The notes under the pieces: model-generated | Database searches by the model: none | Seen by the model: only the letters and a program-made list of their open reading frames with translations | Told to the model about the DNA's origin: nothing | From: Euglena gracilis | Lineage: Eukaryota | Assembly (NCBI GenBank): GCA_039621445.1 | Contig: CP154954.1 | Coordinates: forward strand, 23,510,954 to 23,574,953 | Direction of reading: 5' to 3' | DNA length: 64,000 nt | Part shown: positions 57,900 through 64,000 of the stretch, one piece after another | Position numbering within the stretch: position 1 is the first letter of the stretch | How the letters are laid out: each line of letters begins with the position of its first letter | Program-made: the position numbers and the translations under genes

Positions 57900-60800
57900 G
57901 TACCCGTCGTTGACCAGTGATCCTTGTTAAGTGTAGCCCTGGGGAACGACGGTGTGAATCGCGAAGGCGAGGGGGCCAAAATTTAAGGCAGCAAGCGTGG
58001 CTCCAGGGAGCGCGAGAATTGTTGCGGTGTGAATCGCGAAGGCGAAGAGGTTTACGGGTTGTTATGGGGCCCAAATACATTGAGAGGTTAAGAAACGGTA
58101 AAATGATGTTTATGTCTTTTTATGGTAACATAAATTGGGATTTTGGACGTCCGATGGATGGATGGGTAGGACGAATTGCCAACTAGCATGTTCTGAATGA
58201 ATGTCTCAGGAGGTCATAAAAATGGTACAAGAGCCCAAATAGTTGAGATTTTCCGCACGCCACTGTCGTTAAACTAGCCGGTGGAGATTGGGAAGGAAAA
58301 ACCCAGGAATCTGCCCCCCCCCAAAAATTGGATATTCATAAATCAAATTGAACGTGATGGGGAGCTGAAATCGCGGCAACAAGCCTGGTCCTGGCGGGTG
58401 TCCGCATGGCTCGAGAAGGGGACTAAAATCTGCGCCAGCAAGCCTGGTCCTGGAGAGCAGCGGCGCGGAACATGAGTGCGAGGGGGTTACAATTGAGGCA
58501 GCAAGTTGGGACCTGGGGAGCAGCGGCGCAAATCGAGAGGGCGAGGGGGTAGAATTGCAGCAGCAAATCTGGTCCTGGGGAGGCAAATCAAGAGGGCAAG
58601 GAGGCTAAAATTTGTGCCAGCAAACCTATTCTGGGGAGGCGTAGACCGCAGGCGGAGCTTAGACCGCAAGGGTGAGGGGGCAAAAATTTGCAGTTGCAAG
58701 CCTGGTCCTAGGGGGCGTCGGCGTGGATCGAGCGGGCAAGGGGGCCACCATTTGCGGCAGCAAGCCTGGTCCTGGGTAGCAGCAGCGCAAGATCGAGAGG
58801 GCGAGAGGTCCCAAAATTTGTGGCAGCAAGCCTGGTCTGGGGAGACGTCTATTTGGACCGTCTGGGCAAGGGGGTTAGAATTTACGGCAGAAAATTTGGT
58901 CCTGGTGAGCGTCGCTGTGGACAGAGAGGGCGAGGGGCTAAAATTTGAGGCAGAAGGCCTGGTCCTGGGAGAGCGAAGGGGCAAAAATTTGCACCTGGTC
59001 CCGGAAGCGTCAATTTGGAGCGCCAGGGTGAGGGAGCTTAGATTTGTGGCAGCAGGCCTGGCCCAGGACAGCAGTAGCACGGATCGAGAAAGCAAGGGGT
59101 CAAAATTCCAAGCAGCAAGCCTGCTAATTAAGAAGCAGTGGCGCAGATCGGGAGGGCGAGGGGGCTAAAATTTGTGGCAGGAAGCCTGGTCCTGCGGAGC
59201 ATTAGTGCAGCTCGAGGGGCGAGAGGGCCGAAATATGCAGCAGCAAACCTGGTGTGAGGAGGCGTCAATTTGGGCCCCCAGGGCGAGGGGCTAGAATTTG
59301 AGGCTGCAAATTCGGTCCTGGTGAGCAGCGACGCAAATCGAGAGGGCGAGGGGGCTAAATTTGTGCCAGCAAGCCTGATCCTGGGGAGCGGGTTTTGGGG
59401 AAGCACCAGTTTGGACTGCCAGGGCGAGGAGGCTAAAACATGCGGCAGGAAGCGTGGTCCTTGGGGTCGTCCGTGTGGATCGAGAGGGCGAGGGGACAAA
59501 AATTTGCGGCAGCAAGCCTGGTCGATCGAGGGATCGCGGCGGATCAAGAGGGCGAAGGGGCTAAAATTTGCGGCATGAGGCCCGGTCCTGGTAGCAGCAG
59601 CGCAGATCGAGAGGATGAGAGGGCCCAAAATTTGCGGCAGCAAAGCCTGGTGCAGGGAGGCATCAATTTGGACTGGCAGAGGGGGTTGGATTTTGCGGCA
59701 GCAAGCCTGGTCCTGGGGGTCGTTGGCGTGGGTCACGAGAGCGAGGAAGCTTAAAATTAGCGCCAGAAAGCCTAGTCCTGAGGAGCGGCGGCGCGGATTG
59801 TGAGTGCGACGGGACTACACTCTGCGGCAGCAAGCCTGTTACGGGGAAGCGTCAGTTTGAACCGCCAGGGTGAGAGGGCTAAAATATGCGCCAGCAAGCC
59901 TGGTTAGGCGGTGCAATTTGCCCACAAAAAAAATTGACTACACAGTAGTTTAAAAGACCCCCATAAAACCAGTAAAAAAAATTGTTCATTTTGCGCTTCA
60001 TGTTCGAAAATTTTGGGAGGTATTAAGCTTCGAAACAAAAGAAGCGAAAAATCACTGGGGCACGGGGGCTAAAATATGCGGCAGCAAGCATGGTCCTGGG
60101 GTTGTCAGTGTGGATCGAGAGATCAAAGGTGCAAAATTTTCGGCAGCAAGCCTCGTAGGTCGAGAGGGCGAGGGGGCACAATTTGGGACAGCAAGCCTGG
60201 TCCTGGCGAGCAGCGGCGCGGATCGAGAGGGTGAGGGGATTAAAATTTGCGGCAGCAATCCCGGTCTTCAGGAGCATCGGCGTGCATCGCGAGGTCGAGG
60301 GACCAAAAATTTGCCGCAGCATGTCTGTGCCTGGGGAGCGGCGGCATGGATGGCGAGGGCAAGGGGTTTTATGAGCTGTTGTTGGGCCCGACACATTTGA
60401 GGAGATGGAAGGGGAAAAATTGAAATGATGGTTATCTTCCCATGGTTACAGCCGGGAATGGGTTGGTCAAATCGCTAACTGGCATATTCTGAATGAGTGT
60501 TTCGGGAGGGTAAGCAATTAATGCAGTCGCCAACTCAAGTTTCCCGCAAGCAATTGCCGCGAAACGAGCTAGTGGAGGGAGGGCTAAAAAGGAAATGCAT
60601 GGTTCTGTAGGCCAACATAACCACGGCATTGATTGTCAGTGGGGATGCACTCAAAACAAATTGAACGCTTGGTGCTATCGAAATTTGTCCCAATTAAATA
60701 AATTAAAACAGGGGCGGGAACCAGGGAGTGCGGCCCAACAACGTTTGGTGTATTGTTTCAAGGGGGCTGTGCCAGGCAGGGGGGTTTCAAAATTTAGGTG

Positions 60801-63800
60801 AGGAATGCCACAATGTTGTTGCCTTTGTGAGGAAAACCAAAAAAAAAAAACGTCCCCTTGGTTGACCAAGCCCTGTCAGGTGAAAGGGTGGGTCCCTCTT
60901 GTAGCAAGCCTGGTCCAGGGGATCGTCGGCGTGGACCGCGTGGGGGAGGAGGCTGAGATTTGTGGCAGCAAGTCTGGTCCTGGGGAGCGCATGGATTCTC
61001 GCTGATGCAGATCGCAAGTGCGGGAGTTGTTGGGCCCAGATATAATGAGGAGATGGAGGTAGGGTTTAGGAGAGGTTAAAATGATGAGGTTGGTTCATGG
61101 TTACAGAACTTGGGATTTTGGACGTCTGGGAATGGGTAGGAAGACTGGCATGTTTTGAATGAAGTCTGCAGGCGCCCAAGTACTTCAGGTTTCCCACGCG
61201 AGTCTGTTGTGAAACGAGCTGGTGGGGAGAGGGAGGAGAGAATTAAAAAAAAAATCATGCTTCTGTGGGCGCAAAGAACAATTTGTGTGGGGCCGACATC
61301 ACCACAGCATTGTTATTTTTTTTTATTCCAGTAAGCTCAAAAAAAAACCCAGGTGGGCACCAGGGAGTTGGGCCCGTCAAAAATTGGTGTTTTCAGGTGA
61401 CAAGCAGACGGGTTTGAGGGTTTAGGTGCAGAATAAGAAAAAGAATACCTTAATGCGAGTTTGAGAGTCAAAACACAAAAAGACAAAAAAAAACAAACAA
61501 AAAAAAGAACCAACAACAAGAAACAAGAAAAAATACAAAAAAAACAAAAAAAAAAAACAAAACACGCCAAGCACAAAAAATAAAAAAAAACCAAACAACA
61601 CCCCCACACAAAAAGCATCGGTTTGAGGGTTTAGGTGAAGAATGACTTAATGCGAGTTTGAGAGTCAGGAGACATGGTGCCTTCGCAAGGGAAACCAAAA
61701 AGAAAAAAAAAGATCAACGTCCCGTCATCCTTGTCTAGTTGTTGATCAAGCCCTGTTAAATGAAGGGTGGGTTCATCTTGCAGCAAGCCTGGTCCTGGGA
61801 GGGTCGGGCGTGGATTGCGAAGACGAGGATTCTGAAATTTGCTGAGCAGGTCTGGTCCAGCGGAGCGGCGGCGTGGATCGCGCGGGCAAGGAGTTTTATG
61901 AGTTTATGTGTGAGGAGATGGGGATGAGGTAGGGTTTAGGAAATGTTAAAATGGTTTTCTTTCAAAGCTGAACTGGGATTATGGATGTCCAGGGACTTTC
62001 GGGGGCCGGGTTGGACAAATGGCCAACCGGCATGTTATGAATGACAGTCTCAGGAGGGTATGAAACTGACGCAAATTACATAAATCAAATTGAATCAAAA
62101 TTTGAGCCAGTTGAAACAGGACGGACGGAACCAGGGTGGTGAAAATTGACAAACCCCAGGGGGTTTGCCCACACTGCAAAGCACTCTGAAACTCCCCTCC
62201 CTCTGGTGGGGTGGTGCTTACCTGGTCGTTGACCGGGGAAAAAAATTTGGGAAAATGGCCTTTTCAGGTCTAACCGCGCCACCGGCGCTGGGAGTCATGC
62301 AAGTCCCCAAGCACTTTTGGTCTGAACCCTACCCCCCCCCCGGGGTGAGATCTGTGGGCCATGGAGTGCGTGCCCAGGCAGACATCCAAACCCCAAACCA
62401 CCCTGCAAGTTGGCACCGCATTGAAATTCGGCCTAGAGGGGAATAGGGCCCTCAAAATTTGGTGCAGTTTGTGTTTTTGGGGGTGTTTACCTGCCAGGAG
62501 TGCTTGGAATTTAAGGTGAGAAAATTAGGTATTGGAGATTCGCCTCACGGCAGGTTGGAAAGGTCTGGAAACATAACTCCTTATGGGAAGAGCAGAAAGG
62601 AAAAAAAAACAGAGAGAAAGAGGCATGGTATCAACCGGCATATACCTAAGCCTATTCGTTGAAAAGCTTGGTTGGTCCGGGTAAAAACCTGGCCCAGGGG
62701 AGCGGTGAACTGGTTCGCGAGGGCGAGGGGTGTCAAAGTTTTCGGCAGCAAGCCTTACCCCGGGGGAGCGGCGGAGTGGTTCGCGAGGGCGAGGGGTGTC
62801 AAAGTTTTCGGCAGCAAGCCTGACCCCGGGGGAGCGGCGGAGAGGTTCGCGAGGGCGAGCCCCCCCCCCCCCCTAGAGTGTGGTGTCTGAGAGGGGTCCA
62901 TCAGGCTTCTGGCTGGTCTCAATTGATACCGAAATCCTGGGGGGAAAAAAAACAAATGCAGCTTGGTTGGAATGCCCATTCAAAAATTAGACAGCAAGCC
63001 AAAAAAGGGGGAAAAAAACTGCCATGAAAACCATTGTAGCCATCTTCGCCCAAGTTCCAACATAGGTGGTGTTTTACTTTTCGGCAGCAAACCTTACCCC
63101 ATCGCAGCGGCGCAGTGGTTCACAAGGGCGAGCCACCCCCCCCCCTAAAGGGTGGTGTCCGAGACGGTTCCACCAGGCTGCTGCATTGTCTCGACTGGCA
63201 CCAAAATACTGGAAAAAAAAGATTGAGTTCGGTTGAAAGTTTGCGGCAGCAACCTAACCTGGGGTAGCGGCGGAGTGGTTCCTGAGGGCGAGCCCCCCCC
63301 CCCCCCAGAGAGGGTGATGTACGAGAGGGGTTCATCAGGCTGCTGGCTGGTCTCGACTCTTGAACCAAAAAATCCTGGCAAAAAAAATGCAGCTTGGTTG
63401 GAATGCCCATCCAAAAATTAGACAGCAAGCCAAAAAGGGTGGAAAAAAAACTGCCATAAATCATCATAGGGGGTGTCCAAGTTTTCGGCAGCAAGCCTTA
63501 CCCCAGGGCAGCGGCGCAGTGGCTCACGAGGGCGAAGGGTCCCCTCACCCCACAGGAGGTGTACGAGAGGGTTCCATCACGCTGCTGGCTGGTCTAGACT
63601 GGTACCAAAATCTTGGGGGAAAAAATTGAGCTCGGTTGAAAATTTGCGATAGAAACCTCACCTTGGAGCAGCGGCAGAGTGGTTCGTGAGGGCGAGCAAC
63701 CCCCCCCCCCCACAAGCGCGATGTACGAGAGGGGTCCATCAGGCTTCTGGCTGGTCCCCACTCTGGAACCCAAATTATGGGGGAAAAAATTCAGCTTGGT

Positions 63801-64000
63801 TGGAATGCCCATCCAGAAATTTGACAGCAGGCCAAAAAAAAAACTGACAGAAAACACCGTTTCAGTCATTATGACCAGCTGCCAACATGGGGGGTGTCAA
63901 AGTTTTCGGCAGCAAGCCTTACCCCGGGGGGGGGGGGGCGGCGGAGGGGTTCGCGGGGGCGGGGGGGGGCAAAGTTTTCGGCAGCCAGCCTTACCCCGGG
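57900..64000. repeat. Degenerate ~60-bp satellite with higher-order repeats
   Basis: GAGGGCGAGGGG.TAAAATTTGCGGCAGCAAGCCTGGTCCTGGGGAGC recurs many times. Larger blocks repeat at ~58050, 60370, 61020 and 61900, and with a ~420-bp period at 62880-63840. Confidence 0.75.

Overview
Repeat-rich eukaryotic genomic DNA, probably from a protist. A euglenid is my best guess, from short GC-rich exons, CAG...CTG fold-back elements and TTAGGG repeats, but this is not proven. A multi-exon host gene of unknown function appears to run on the minus strand as small exons among MITEs, mini/microsatellites and a degenerate ~60-bp satellite. The key feature is a ~16.6-kb train of plus-strand elements (about 12000-28629), each separated by (GA)n microsatellite. 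It carries three different type III hammerhead ribozymes (HHRs). The first is in a ~620-nt element and has a variant core (UCGACAA, a compensatory U3-A8 pair) and a perfect 10-bp loop-loop pseudoknot. The second is in an ~838-nt terminally redundant element that also has an internal motif array. The third is in a ~10.9-kb tandem array of 40 units of mostly 272-273 bp, each with a complete HHR. These look like retrozymes: non-autonomous retroelements copied from self-cleaving, probably circular, RNA. They sit next to fragments of a putative (GA)n-associated non-LTR retrotransposon. No reverse transcriptase is visible in the window.
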